Assembly (NCBI GenBank): GCA_039630545.1
Contig: JBCNUU010000002.1
Span: forward strand, 31,984 to 95,983
Origin: Endomicrobiia bacterium
Lineage (GTDB): Bacteria > Elusimicrobiota > Endomicrobiia > DTEH01
Reading direction: 5' to 3'
Length of the DNA stretch: 64,000 bases
Each line of letters starts with the position of its first letter. Within the stretch, counting starts at the first letter, position 1. The notes under the pieces were generated by a model. That model was not told the origin of the DNA. It did not search any database and saw nothing but the letters and a program-made list of their open reading frames with translations. The position numbers and the translations under genes were made by a program. Shown here piece by piece: positions 10,865 through 21,080 of this stretch.

Positions 10865-12884
10865 TATAATATCATTAATCTTTTTAACTGGATTTTCTTT
10901 TATCTCTTCAATATATTTTCTACCTTCAACTATCACAGATGGTGATGTAGCTGAATTAGTAGGAGCGGCTTCGTCTTTAGGTATTGCACATGCTCCAGGA
11001 TATCCTTTATTTTGCATTCTCTATAAATGTTTGATTACACTTTTACCTTTTGGAGATTATGCTTATAAAGCTGCTGTTGTTTCTTTATTTATTTATATGT
11101 TTTCTGGTCTATTGATATTTAAGTTGACTTTCATAAAGAAAAATTTTTTGTTTGGTTTTTTTATTTTTACTTTTTATTTGTCTCAACCAATTTTGTTAAA
11201 ACAATCTACAATAGCAGAAGTATTTTCTCTTCATAATTTATTAGTAGTTTTAATTTTTTATTTCATATTCAGTGATGACATTTCATTACATAGAAAATTT
11301 TTAATTACAGGATTTATTTTAGGTTTAGGTTCTGGCTGTCAACATATAATCATTTTTATAATACCAGCTATAATTTTTTACTTTTTAAGTAAATCTCCAT
11401 CTAATATACTTACATTTAAAAACATATCTTTATTTTTGGTATTTTTTCTTTTAGGTTTTTCTATAAATCTTTATATTCCAATAAGATCTTCAGTAGAACC
11501 TCTATATGATTGGGAAGATCCACAAACCTTAGATAGATTTTTGTATTTATTTCTAAGAAAAAGATATGGAAGTTTTAGTTTAGCACAAGGTGGAAAGTTA
11601 CATTTTAGTCTTGAAAGTTTTTATCATGGTTTTATGTTATTTTTTTACATTTTTGGTGTGAAAAATTTAATTTTTTTAGTTTCTTCTATTTTAATTTTTT
11701 TATTAAAAATGAAAAAAATTGAACTAATAAATTCAATTACTGCTCTGATAGCATTTTTATTCTCTGGCCCTATATTTACATCTATTACCGGATTAAAAAG
11801 TATATCCGAATCAAATATTTATATATTAGAAAGGCTAATAGTTTCGTCTGTAATCTCCTTTGTGTTTCTTATAATTTTTACATTTTCTGTTTTTAAAGAC
11901 TCAAAAATACTTTTATACGGGCTAATGATTCTAAACTTACTTTTTTATTTCAGAAATTTAAATTCTATATCTTTAAGAAATAATTATTTTCTGTATGATT
12001 ATACAATGAACATCTTTAGAAACACACCTCCTGATAGTATACTTCTTTCAGATCGTGCAGACGAAACTGAGTTTGCTTTAGCATATTTTCATAGAATACA
12101 TAAAAAACGACAAGATATTGATTTTATAGATTGCAATGCTTCTGTAAGTAGAAGTATATATGGGAAAGAATATTATAAAATATGGGGGCCACCACGTTTA
12201 AAAATACGTTCGGAATTCGAAACAAAGCTGATAAAAAATTCAAGAAAAAAAGTTCTTTATAATACCCTGCTTCCTGCCCAGACTTCTACAAAAAAATATA
12301 AGTTCGCTTTGTTGCATACAACTTTTGAAACTAACTATGAAATACCTTTTGATATCTTTGTAATAAGAGAAAAAAGTGTATTAAATATTCGTGAGTTTTG
12401 GCTATACAACGCTTATTTGAGTTTACTTTTTAATTACTATTTTGAAAAAGCAATTAAAGATAAAAGACACTTTAAAAAATTTGAGATTTTATGTTACCAA
12501 TTATATTTTTTAAATAAAGAACCTAAATACTTAACTTATATTCCATATTTCTATATGTCAACTAATGAATTAAAAAAAGCAAAAAATAAGTATGTAGAAA
12601 TTCTTGATAATTATAAACTTTCTGCTGACATTCTCTCAGAAATACTTAGCAATTTAGGAGTAATATATGAACGTGAAAATAACTTTCAAAAAGCAGAGGA
12701 ATATTTTTTAAAAGCTTTAAGTGTAAATCCTAATTTTTACCAACCCTATTATAATTTAGGCAGTTTATACTGGAAAATGAAAAATTTTAAAAAAGCTTTA
12801 GAATTTTTTGAAAAATATTTACTACTTCAGCCGCAAAACAAAGAAGTAAAAAAATATGTTGAATATTTAAAATCAAAATTATGA
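10839..12884 (+). CDS. DUF2723 / TMEM260-like GT-C glycosyltransferase with TPRs (paralog 2)
   Basis: GDVAELVGAASSLGIAHAPGYPLF, AEVFSLH, DWEDP, ADET; TPRs. ATG 10839 preferred over TTG 10833. Confidence 0.85.
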   Translation: MQLKKENLNIISLIFLTGFSFISSIYFLPSTITDGDVAELVGAASSLGIAHAPGYPLFCILYKCLITLLPFGDYAYKAAVVSLFIYMFSGLLIFKLTFIKKNFLFGFFIFTFYLSQPILLKQSTIAEVFSLHNLLVVLIFYFIFSDDISLHRKFLITGFILGLGSGCQHIIIFIIPAIIFYFLSKSPSNILTFKNISLFLVFFLLGFSINLYIPIRSSVEPLYDWEDPQTLDRFLYLFLRKRYGSFSLAQGGKLHFSLESFYHGFMLFFYIFGVKNLIFLVSSILIFLLKMKKIELINSITALIAFLFSGPIFTSITGLKSISESNIYILERLIVSSVISFVFLIIFTFSVFKDSKILLYGLMILNLLFYFRNLNSISLRNNYFLYDYTMNIFRNTPPDSILLSDRADETEFALAYFHRIHKKRQDIDFIDCNASVSRSIYGKEYYKIWGPPRLKIRSEFETKLIKNSRKKVLYNTLLPAQTSTKKYKFALLHTTFETNYEIPFDIFVIREKSVLNIREFWLYNAYLSLLFNYYFEKAIKDKRHFKKFEILCYQLYFLNKEPKYLTYIPYFYMSTNELKKAKNKYVEILDNYKLSADILSEILSNLGVIYERENNFQKAEEYFLKALSVNPNFYQPYYNLGSLYWKMKNFKKALEFFEKYLLLQPQNKEVKKYVEYLKSKL

Positions 12885-15034
12885 TATATTTAGTTTTATT
12901 TTTAAACATATTTTTAATATATCTTTACTGCAGTTTTCCAACAATTGCAGCTTATCGTGACTCAGGAGAAATGGCAACAGTAAGTTACATCTTAGGAATA
13001 CCACATCCACCTGGTTATCCACTTTATACTATTTTAAGTTACTTGCTAAGTAGAATGTTAAAATTTGGGAATTTTGCTTATAGAGTTAATGTTCTATCTG
13101 GAATTTTTTCAGCTTTAACAGGAATAATTTTGTTTCATTTGTTTAATAAGTTTACGTTTTACATACTTCCTAAGAAAGAGAATGAAAAGTTTTTCTGGTT
13201 ATTTTTTAATTATATGACTATTTTATGTTTCAGCTTATCTTATCTCCAATGGTACTTATCAGTAGTTTCTGAAATGTATACTCTTAATACCTTATTTGCT
13301 ACTTTTATGATATTTTTGACTTTTTTATATTATACTATAAAAAACAATAAAGTTATTTACTTATTATTTTTTATATTTGGTTTGGGTATTACAAATAGAT
13401 TAGATTTAATACTATACTCTCCTTTGATATTATTTATATTGATTGATCATTCAAAGTTTAGAATTGATAAAAAAGTTTTAATGTTATTGACTTTATTTTT
13501 ATTAGGATTAAGTTGTTATATGTATCTACCTATAAGATCATCTAATGAACCACTAATAGATTGGAACAATCCTCAGAAACTTGATAGATTCTGGGCTTCC
13601 TTAACAAGGAAAACGCATGGTTCTACATTAGATCTTATATCATCTGGATATAAACCATTTGAAAATTTTAAAGATGGTATGATATTTTATTTTAGAAGAA
13701 CTTTAGAGAATTTAGGATTGATAGGAATTATTCCAGTAGTGTTAGGAATTAACTTAAAATCACATTTTGGAATATCTTTGTTTTTAAGTTGGTTTTTAAG
13801 CTCTGTCTATTTTATCTACAAGGCTAATATGCCTCCAAATCCTCATGCCTTAGCTATCCTTGAAGCTCATTTTTTGTTACCTAATTTGATAGTGTGGGTG
13901 TGGTTTATTTTAGGAATTACTTATGTTTATAAAAAAATCAAACTGAAATATTTTATCTTTGTTGCAGTATCTTTTATTTTAGTATTTAATATTTTTAAAA
14001 ATCATAAAAAATTAAACAAAAGAAATAACTTCTATGCTTATGATTACACTGTTAATATATTAAGAACTTTACCAAATAAAAGCATAGTAGTAGTTAAAGA
14101 AGATGTCCAGTTATTTTCTTTATGGTATAGTAAATTTGTAGAATCAAAAAGAAAAGATGTATATGTTATAGCTGCAGGACTTGCGGGTTCAAGTTGGTAT
14201 CAAGAAATGACTAAAAGGTTCTTTGAAGATGAGATTTTTTTACTTCCACTAACTACTTCTGATAACTGGAGCAATTTTATTGATAAAAATCTCAAACTTG
14301 GTTATAAAATTTTTGTGACCTATGATGTAGAACTTCCTGAAATTAAAAATTTTATTCTTAAACCATATGGTTTGGTATTGAGAGTCTTACCGTTTCAAGA
14401 AAATTTATTGGAAAATTTTTTCACTGATTTTTTCTTTGAATTCTTATACATATTTAGAGGAGATTACACATATAATTTAGAATTTGATTTTTTTTCTTCA
14501 GATTTAGTTGAAGATTACAGTAAATCTCTGCTTAATAGTGGACATTGGCTTACAAAATATAAACTATATAATTCTAAAAAAGTTGAAAATTTTTATAAAC
14601 ATTCTATTTTTATGAATTCTGTTTATCCTTACGGTTATTTTGAACTTGGATATCTTTATTATTTAAAAAATTTGCTTAAGGATTCTTACATATGGTATAA
14701 AATAGCGGCTAAAAAGTTTGAAGAATATATAGAATTAGCCTATAAATATAAAGCCTTTAAAGAAGTTATAGATGAAATAAAATCTAACACTGCTAATTGT
14801 TACTTACATTTAGGCGTTGTAGCAGAAAAACTCAATAATTTAGAAACCTCAATAGAATTTTACAATAGAGCCTTATATTTCAACCCCTATCTGGCAGATG
14901 CTTATTATAATTTAGCTGTGGTTTACTGGAAAAAACTAGATTGGCAAAAGGTTCGTTATTACTTACAGAAAACCTTAATTATTAATCCATATCATAGTCA
15001 GGCTAAATATTTCATTGATAAACTACCAAAATGA
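12881..15034 (+). CDS. DUF2723 / TMEM260-like GT-C glycosyltransferase with TPRs (paralog 3)
   Basis: RDSGEMATVSYILGIPHPPGYPLY, SEMYTLN, DWNNP; TPRs. Confidence 0.87.
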   Translation: MIYLVLFLNIFLIYLYCSFPTIAAYRDSGEMATVSYILGIPHPPGYPLYTILSYLLSRMLKFGNFAYRVNVLSGIFSALTGIILFHLFNKFTFYILPKKENEKFFWLFFNYMTILCFSLSYLQWYLSVVSEMYTLNTLFATFMIFLTFLYYTIKNNKVIYLLFFIFGLGITNRLDLILYSPLILFILIDHSKFRIDKKVLMLLTLFLLGLSCYMYLPIRSSNEPLIDWNNPQKLDRFWASLTRKTHGSTLDLISSGYKPFENFKDGMIFYFRRTLENLGLIGIIPVVLGINLKSHFGISLFLSWFLSSVYFIYKANMPPNPHALAILEAHFLLPNLIVWVWFILGITYVYKKIKLKYFIFVAVSFILVFNIFKNHKKLNKRNNFYAYDYTVNILRTLPNKSIVVVKEDVQLFSLWYSKFVESKRKDVYVIAAGLAGSSWYQEMTKRFFEDEIFLLPLTTSDNWSNFIDKNLKLGYKIFVTYDVELPEIKNFILKPYGLVLRVLPFQENLLENFFTDFFFEFLYIFRGDYTYNLEFDFFSSDLVEDYSKSLLNSGHWLTKYKLYNSKKVENFYKHSIFMNSVYPYGYFELGYLYYLKNLLKDSYIWYKIAAKKFEEYIELAYKYKAFKEVIDEIKSNTANCYLHLGVVAEKLNNLETSIEFYNRALYFNPYLADAYYNLAVVYWKKLDWQKVRYYLQKTLIINPYHSQAKYFIDKLPK

Positions 15035-15076
15035 AATAAAGATTTTGTATATAAAAATTGAAAAAGGAGGGATTTT

Positions 15077-16210
15077 ATGAAAAAAAAGTTGCTTATACTT
15101 ACAGCAAGCTATGGTACAGGACATATTACTGCTGCAAAATCTATTCAGCAGATGATTTCTTTAAAATATCCTGAAATTGAAACAAAAATAGTAGATGTTC
15201 TTTTATTGCATAAAAAAGATAAAAATCTAGATAAACAAACTTTTATACAAAAGCTTTATAATTTTTCCATGGAAAAACCTATTATTTTTGATGTATTCTT
15301 TTTTTTGACAAACAACAAACTCTGCACTTCAATACTTAACTTAATTATGTTGTTAAAAAATTATAATGCCACAAAAAATTTATTAGATGAGTTTAAACCA
15401 GATATAATAGTTTCAACACATCCTTACTGGAATTTTTTAATAAAAAAATACAAAAAAGAAGTTAAAAACATACCCTATATCTGTGTTATTACTGATTCAT
15501 ACATGATTCACAAAGCATGGATTGATAGATTTGTTGATTATTACTTTGTTATAGATGAAGACACAAAACATGTCCTTATAAATAACAATATAAAAAATAT
15601 TTATGTAACAGGTTTTCCTGTGAATTACAAATTATTTGAAAAGGTAGAAAAAGAAAAAATAATTAAAGAGTTAGAATTGGATTTAGATGTAAATAAAAAA
15701 ATTATTCTCATCACTATAGGATTAGGTGCTACCTCACGATTTATAGAAATTATTGAATACTTAAAAGATATAGAAAACAATTTTCAACTTATAATAATAA
15801 CTGGGAAATATAAAGATATTTATGATTATCTCACAACGAAAGTAAAATTTAAACCAAAAACTAAAATTATTGGGTGGACAGATAAAATGTATAATTTTTT
15901 AAAAATAAGTGATATTGTTATATGCAAAGCAGGAGGAGCAATTGTTTCAGAAGCTCTTTCATGCGGTGTTCCAGTTTTTATACCTTTATTTGTTCCTGCT
16001 CAAGAAAAAGGAAATGTTTATATTGTGAAAAAATATCAAATGGGTTTTTATGAAGAAGATATAGAAAAAGTCTATAAAATTCTTGATGACATAATTTTTG
16101 ACAGAATAAATCTTAAAATTTATAAAGAAAATATAAAGAAATTCATTAAAGATAATCCTGCTTTAATTATATCTAACTTAATTAACAGAATTTTGAACAA
16201 TTTAATATGA
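15077..16210 (+). CDS. MGDG-synthase / UgtP-like glycosyltransferase (GT28)
   Basis: ASYGTGH, PDIIVSTHP, VITD...HKAW, TGFPV, KAGG...SEA, PAQEKGN; strong SD AGGAGG. Confidence 0.88.
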   Translation: MKKKLLILTASYGTGHITAAKSIQQMISLKYPEIETKIVDVLLLHKKDKNLDKQTFIQKLYNFSMEKPIIFDVFFFLTNNKLCTSILNLIMLLKNYNATKNLLDEFKPDIIVSTHPYWNFLIKKYKKEVKNIPYICVITDSYMIHKAWIDRFVDYYFVIDEDTKHVLINNNIKNIYVTGFPVNYKLFEKVEKEKIIKELELDLDVNKKIILITIGLGATSRFIEIIEYLKDIENNFQLIIITGKYKDIYDYLTTKVKFKPKTKIIGWTDKMYNFLKISDIVICKAGGAIVSEALSCGVPVFIPLFVPAQEKGNVYIVKKYQMGFYEEDIEKVYKILDDIIFDRINLKIYKENIKKFIKDNPALIISNLINRILNNLI

Positions 16211-19200
16211 CCATAAGTAATTTTATTTTAAAATTCAAAATTTTTAGGATTTTATTCTTATTTTTGAGATATATAATAACTTCGATAAATGTAATAGTTG
16301 GATGTTTTATGTTAAATGTGTTAGTGGACAAAATATTTCCATTTCCTATTTTTATATTTCATATTTACTGGATAATAATCTGTCTAATTGTTGTTGTATT
16401 TTTTTTAAATTTTATAAAAAGAATTTATGAAACTTTAAAATATCCTTATAAATATCTTCAAGAAGAACTTATCAAAAATTCTCTTATTAAACATAAAGAT
16501 GAATTAATAAATGCTTACTTAATAGAAAATTTATTGTTTTCATCTAAAAATTTAAATTTTTCAAAAGAACTTTCTGAAAAATTTACAGAAAAAATTTTGG
16601 AGATTTTAAAAAAGATAAATTTTAGCAAAATTACAGGATTTGACAGAATAAAAAAAATTTTGCCTTTAAATATAGTTTTGTTATTAATAATTTTTATTTT
16701 ATATTTTTTACCGCCACAAGTAATAAAACCAACCATCCATAAATTTCTTTTTACTAGAAGACCTGACATTTTGGGAATATTTATTACTCCTAAAAATATA
16801 AAAGTCCCTTATGGAGAAAACTGTGTAATTAAAATTATTGTAGAAAAAGGTTATGAATTATACAAACCAGAATTATTTATTAAAGCAGGTTTATCTGAAA
16901 AATTTATAAAGGTGGATCTTTTGGATATTAATGAATATAAAACAGGTAAAATCTATAAATATGAAATTGACTCTGTAATTGATAAAATTTTTTATAAGGT
17001 AAAATTTCGTGGTATAACTTCTAAAGTTTATACAATAGAACCTATAGTATTACCTGAAATATCAGATATAAAAATTTTGATAATACCTCCTTCTTATACC
17101 AAATTAAAACCTTATCAACTTCAAAGTTTCAATGAAGATAAAATTTTATATAATAGTGAAGTAGAGTTTAAAGCCACACTAAACAAAGATATAGATATAG
17201 CTTATTTGAATATCTATAATAGAAAAATAAAACTTTTTCTTAAAGATAAAAGATATATTTCAGGTAATTTTAAAGCTATTAAAGATTGTGATTTATCTTT
17301 TGAAATTTTCGATATGGAAGGCCTAAATAACACTTTAAAATATCAGATCAAAGTATTTTATGATAAACATCCTGAAATTGAAATCATTTCACCTGAAAAA
17401 GAAATAGTTTGTGACAAAAATATACAAATACCTATAGTATATACAGCTAAAGATGATTTTGGTATCTTAAAAGTTAAACTTATATACAGAAATATCAAAA
17501 AAAATGACGAAAAAGTTTATGTAGTAAAAGAATATAAAGAAACTATCCAAGAAACAATAGATGAGTATATTTTTGACCTGAGCAAATTAAATTTAGATTT
17601 TGGTGATATAATAAATTATTATTTTGTAGTTTATGACAATGACGAAACGGCAGGATATAAAACTGCTTCTACTGAAGAATATAAAATAGAAATTTTTAGT
17701 TATGAACGTCAACATGAAACAATACAAAAGGAAATACAAAGTTTTATAGAAGAATCTATTATTATTCTTTCAAAAGAGATAGAACTAAAGGAAAAATTAT
17801 CTGAAATTACTACTTTTCAGTTTAATATGATAAATGAATTAACAAGGCAGCATGAAGCTTTATCTAAAAATTTTGACAATTTAAATAAAATTTTAGATTC
17901 AATTCTAGATAAAATGCTTTCGGATCCTTACACTTCTATAGATACTTATATGGAATTTAAAAATTTGCAACCGCAAATAACTGGACTGAAAGATATTAAC
18001 TCCAAACTCACAAATAGTTTAAAACAAAATGACCTTATCAACTCTTCTTATTTCCAGGATCAGATAATAAACACTTTAGAAAGGGCAACTATGTTATCAG
18101 AAAAAATTATGAAAAGGCAAAATATGCAAAATATTTCTAGTATGATTAAAGAAACTACTGATATTTCAAAAGATCTTCTGGATTATCTTAACAAAATCTC
18201 TAACATCTCAAAAGATGATATTATAAAACTTAATAATTTACTTAAAGAAATTGAAGACAAACTGAACAAAATTGCAAATATGTTTAAAAATATGTCTAAA
18301 AATTTACCTGAAGAGTTTATAAATCGTAGAGATGTCCAGAACATTGATTTCTATTCTCCTATGGATTTGTTAAGTCAACTTTATAATGCTGTTTCTAAAG
18401 GAGATATAAATTCAGCTATTAGAATAGCTGAAGCATTAATGAAACATCTAAATTCTCTATCAAAAACTTTAATGGAAGCAAGTTCTGATGTCTTATCATC
18501 ACAAGCTTATAGTGTGAAAGAAAAATTAAGCAATATAATAGAAGAATTAGATAAACTCATCTCTTCTCAACAGGAGATTTATGATGAAACTAAAATTATA
18601 GATGATTTCAGAATAAAAGAGATTTTAAAATTGCAGGAAAAATTATTAGAAGAAATAATGAATGAAATAAACAGAATAATAACAAAAATTAGAGATATTG
18701 AAAGTTTACCTCAGTTTATGAAGTTTATAAATAAACAGTTTTATAAAATAAATTCTGAACGGGTTATAGAAAACTTAAATAAAATTTTAATGGAAATAAA
18801 AAACAAAAAACTGCTACAAACTCCGGTATGGATAAATGAAGCAATAATATATTGGCAAAGAAATGTTGAAATTACAGAAAATATTGACAAATACGAATAT
18901 AACGAATTGATCCTTGTTACAAAAGAAATAAAAGATAAATTGGATAAATTAAACAATATCTTCAACTATCAACCTGAAATTGAATACCCAACTAAACTTA
19001 TAGAAAAAAACAATCAACTTTATGATAAACAAAATAAACTTATAGAAAAAACAGAACAATTTATAGAATCTATCAAATCCATTGGAAAAGAAAGCTTCAT
19101 TGTTTCAAACAATGATATCCTGCTAGCCTCACAAGCAAAAGCTGAGATGCAGAATTCTAAAAATAATTTATCAAAATTTTCATTTCCAGAAGCTTTACAA

Positions 19201-19500
19201 AGCCAAAATAATGCTACAAATTTATTGTTACAACTAAAGAATAATTTTTCTGAAAAATACACAATGTTTGAACAACTTTTTCAATCAATAGGTCAAGCAA
19301 TGTCATCAAAACTACAAATGAAATCTTCTTATAGTAGTGGACAGTTCGGAATTTTGACAGGAAGAGTAACGCTACCTTCTGCTAAAGAATACATTCCACC
19401 AAAAGAGCTAAGAGAGGATATTATAAAATCATTATCTGAAAAGTACCCAGAAGAACTTAAAAAAGTTATAGAAGAATACTATAGAAAAATATTAAAGTGA
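16207..19500 (+). CDS. DUF4175-family membrane protein with long helical C-terminal region
   Basis: Three N-terminal TMs, IIPPSYT, AKDDFGI, VYDND, coiled coil, C-terminal KYPEELKKVIEEYYRKI. Confidence 0.75.
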   Translation: MTISNFILKFKIFRILFLFLRYIITSINVIVGCFMLNVLVDKIFPFPIFIFHIYWIIICLIVVVFFLNFIKRIYETLKYPYKYLQEELIKNSLIKHKDELINAYLIENLLFSSKNLNFSKELSEKFTEKILEILKKINFSKITGFDRIKKILPLNIVLLLIIFILYFLPPQVIKPTIHKFLFTRRPDILGIFITPKNIKVPYGENCVIKIIVEKGYELYKPELFIKAGLSEKFIKVDLLDINEYKTGKIYKYEIDSVIDKIFYKVKFRGITSKVYTIEPIVLPEISDIKILIIPPSYTKLKPYQLQSFNEDKILYNSEVEFKATLNKDIDIAYLNIYNRKIKLFLKDKRYISGNFKAIKDCDLSFEIFDMEGLNNTLKYQIKVFYDKHPEIEIISPEKEIVCDKNIQIPIVYTAKDDFGILKVKLIYRNIKKNDEKVYVVKEYKETIQETIDEYIFDLSKLNLDFGDIINYYFVVYDNDETAGYKTASTEEYKIEIFSYERQHETIQKEIQSFIEESIIILSKEIELKEKLSEITTFQFNMINELTRQHEALSKNFDNLNKILDSILDKMLSDPYTSIDTYMEFKNLQPQITGLKDINSKLTNSLKQNDLINSSYFQDQIINTLERATMLSEKIMKRQNMQNISSMIKETTDISKDLLDYLNKISNISKDDIIKLNNLLKEIEDKLNKIANMFKNMSKNLPEEFINRRDVQNIDFYSPMDLLSQLYNAVSKGDINSAIRIAEALMKHLNSLSKTLMEASSDVLSSQAYSVKEKLSNIIEELDKLISSQQEIYDETKIIDDFRIKEILKLQEKLLEEIMNEINRIITKIRDIESLPQFMKFINKQFYKINSERVIENLNKILMEIKNKKLLQTPVWINEAIIYWQRNVEITENIDKYEYNELILVTKEIKDKLDKLNNIFNYQPEIEYPTKLIEKNNQLYDKQNKLIEKTEQFIESIKSIGKESFIVSNNDILLASQAKAEMQNSKNNLSKFSFPEALQSQNNATNLLLQLKNNFSEKYTMFEQLFQSIGQAMSSKLQMKSSYSSGQFGILTGRVTLPSAKEYIPPKELREDIIKSLSEKYPEELKKVIEEYYRKILK

Positions 19501-21080
19501 TGAGAGCTTTTAAGCTATTTATATTTTTAATTCTAAATCTTCAATTAGTATATTCTAAATCTACTGAAGAATTACTCTCTTTGCTTGAAGCAGGGGATTT
19601 TAAAAATGTTGAAAAGATTTTAGATGAAATTAAAGATGAAAATAAAAAAACATTTATGAATTCAATTTATTATCTTTATTCAGGTGATTATGAAAAAGCC
19701 TATGAATACATATCAAAAACATCTTCAGAAAGTATTTCTCAGAAGGATTTGTTTTTCTTTTATTATATTCCATATATTTACCAATTATTCAAAGAAGGAT
19801 ATAAAAAATATGAGACAGAAAATTTTATAATATATTTAAAAGGAAAAGATGAAATTCTTAAAGATTTAGTTCTGGAAAATTTTACAAAAATATTCAGTAC
19901 ATATAATGAAAAATTTAAATATTACCCTGAAGATAAAATAAGAATTGAAATATATTCTACAAAGGAGGAATTTTGTAATGCCTCAACATTACCTGAAGAA
20001 ATAGTTAAAAAAACAGGAGTTGTAGGAATTTGTAAGTTTAACAGAATAATGATTTTATCCCCAGAAAATTTGCCTTATGGATATAGATGGTTAGACACAT
20101 TAGCACATGAATATATTCATTTTTTGCTTAATAGAATCACCAAATTTAGATGCCCATTATATTTACATGAAGGAACTGCAAGATATTTTGATACTCTTTA
20201 TAGGTCTACTTATCCTTTATGTTTTAGTGTCGGCAATTTAAAAGAACTTTTAAAAGCAAAAAGAAATAATGAATTAATTCCATTCGAAAAATTCAAAGGG
20301 TCATTAGTTTATCTTGATACACAAAAACAGATAGAATTAGCCTTCGTAGAATTAGCTAGTTTCGTGGATTATTTAATAAACAATTATGGAGAAGAAAAGT
20401 TTATTGATGTAATAAATAAATATTCCAATTTTAATGATGAGAAAATGTTATATAGAAAGATTTTTAACAGAGAATACCAAGAAATAATATCAGACTGGCT
20501 TGAAAGTATTGAAAGAAAAAATGAGCTGATAGAGAAATATCCAGGTGCCATGATGGATGTAAAAATTTTAAGTTTAGAAAATGAAAAAGAATTATTAACT
20601 TTAGATATTTACCAGTATGTAGAACTTGGAGATAAATTTTTAGAAAAAAAACAGTATAAAGCAGCTTTATATCAATATAGAAAAGCTCAAAATCAACAAC
20701 CCTACAACCCATTTGTTATGACAAAGCTAGCCAAGGTGTTGTTGCTGTTAAAAGATTTTAAAAATGCAGAAGAAATTTTGAAAGAATGTATTAATGTTAA
20801 TCCTAACTTTGCCGGTGGATATGAATTAATTATACAACTGTATTATGAAACTTCAGATTATTTTAAAGCTTTAGAATACTACAGAGAGCTTTTGCAGATT
20901 AATCCATTTAATTATAAAATTAGAAAAATTATAGCAGAAATTTATTCTGATTTAGGAAAACTCAAAGAAGCTTTATATGAGTATAAGAATATTAGTCTGC
21001 TTACACCTCAAGATAAAAGTATTATTTCTATAATTGATAGAATAAATAGATATTTAGAAATCAAATACCAACCAAAATGA
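19497..21080 (+). CDS. Peptidase MA-family metallopeptidase with TPRs
   Basis: Signal peptide; TLAHEYIH plus downstream LHEGTA zinc motif; C-terminal TPRs. Start GTG 19497 or ATG 19500. Confidence 0.8.
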   Translation: MMRAFKLFIFLILNLQLVYSKSTEELLSLLEAGDFKNVEKILDEIKDENKKTFMNSIYYLYSGDYEKAYEYISKTSSESISQKDLFFFYYIPYIYQLFKEGYKKYETENFIIYLKGKDEILKDLVLENFTKIFSTYNEKFKYYPEDKIRIEIYSTKEEFCNASTLPEEIVKKTGVVGICKFNRIMILSPENLPYGYRWLDTLAHEYIHFLLNRITKFRCPLYLHEGTARYFDTLYRSTYPLCFSVGNLKELLKAKRNNELIPFEKFKGSLVYLDTQKQIELAFVELASFVDYLINNYGEEKFIDVINKYSNFNDEKMLYRKIFNREYQEIISDWLESIERKNELIEKYPGAMMDVKILSLENEKELLTLDIYQYVELGDKFLEKKQYKAALYQYRKAQNQQPYNPFVMTKLAKVLLLLKDFKNAEEILKECINVNPNFAGGYELIIQLYYETSDYFKALEYYRELLQINPFNYKIRKIIAEIYSDLGKLKEALYEYKNISLLTPQDKSIISIIDRINRYLEIKYQPK

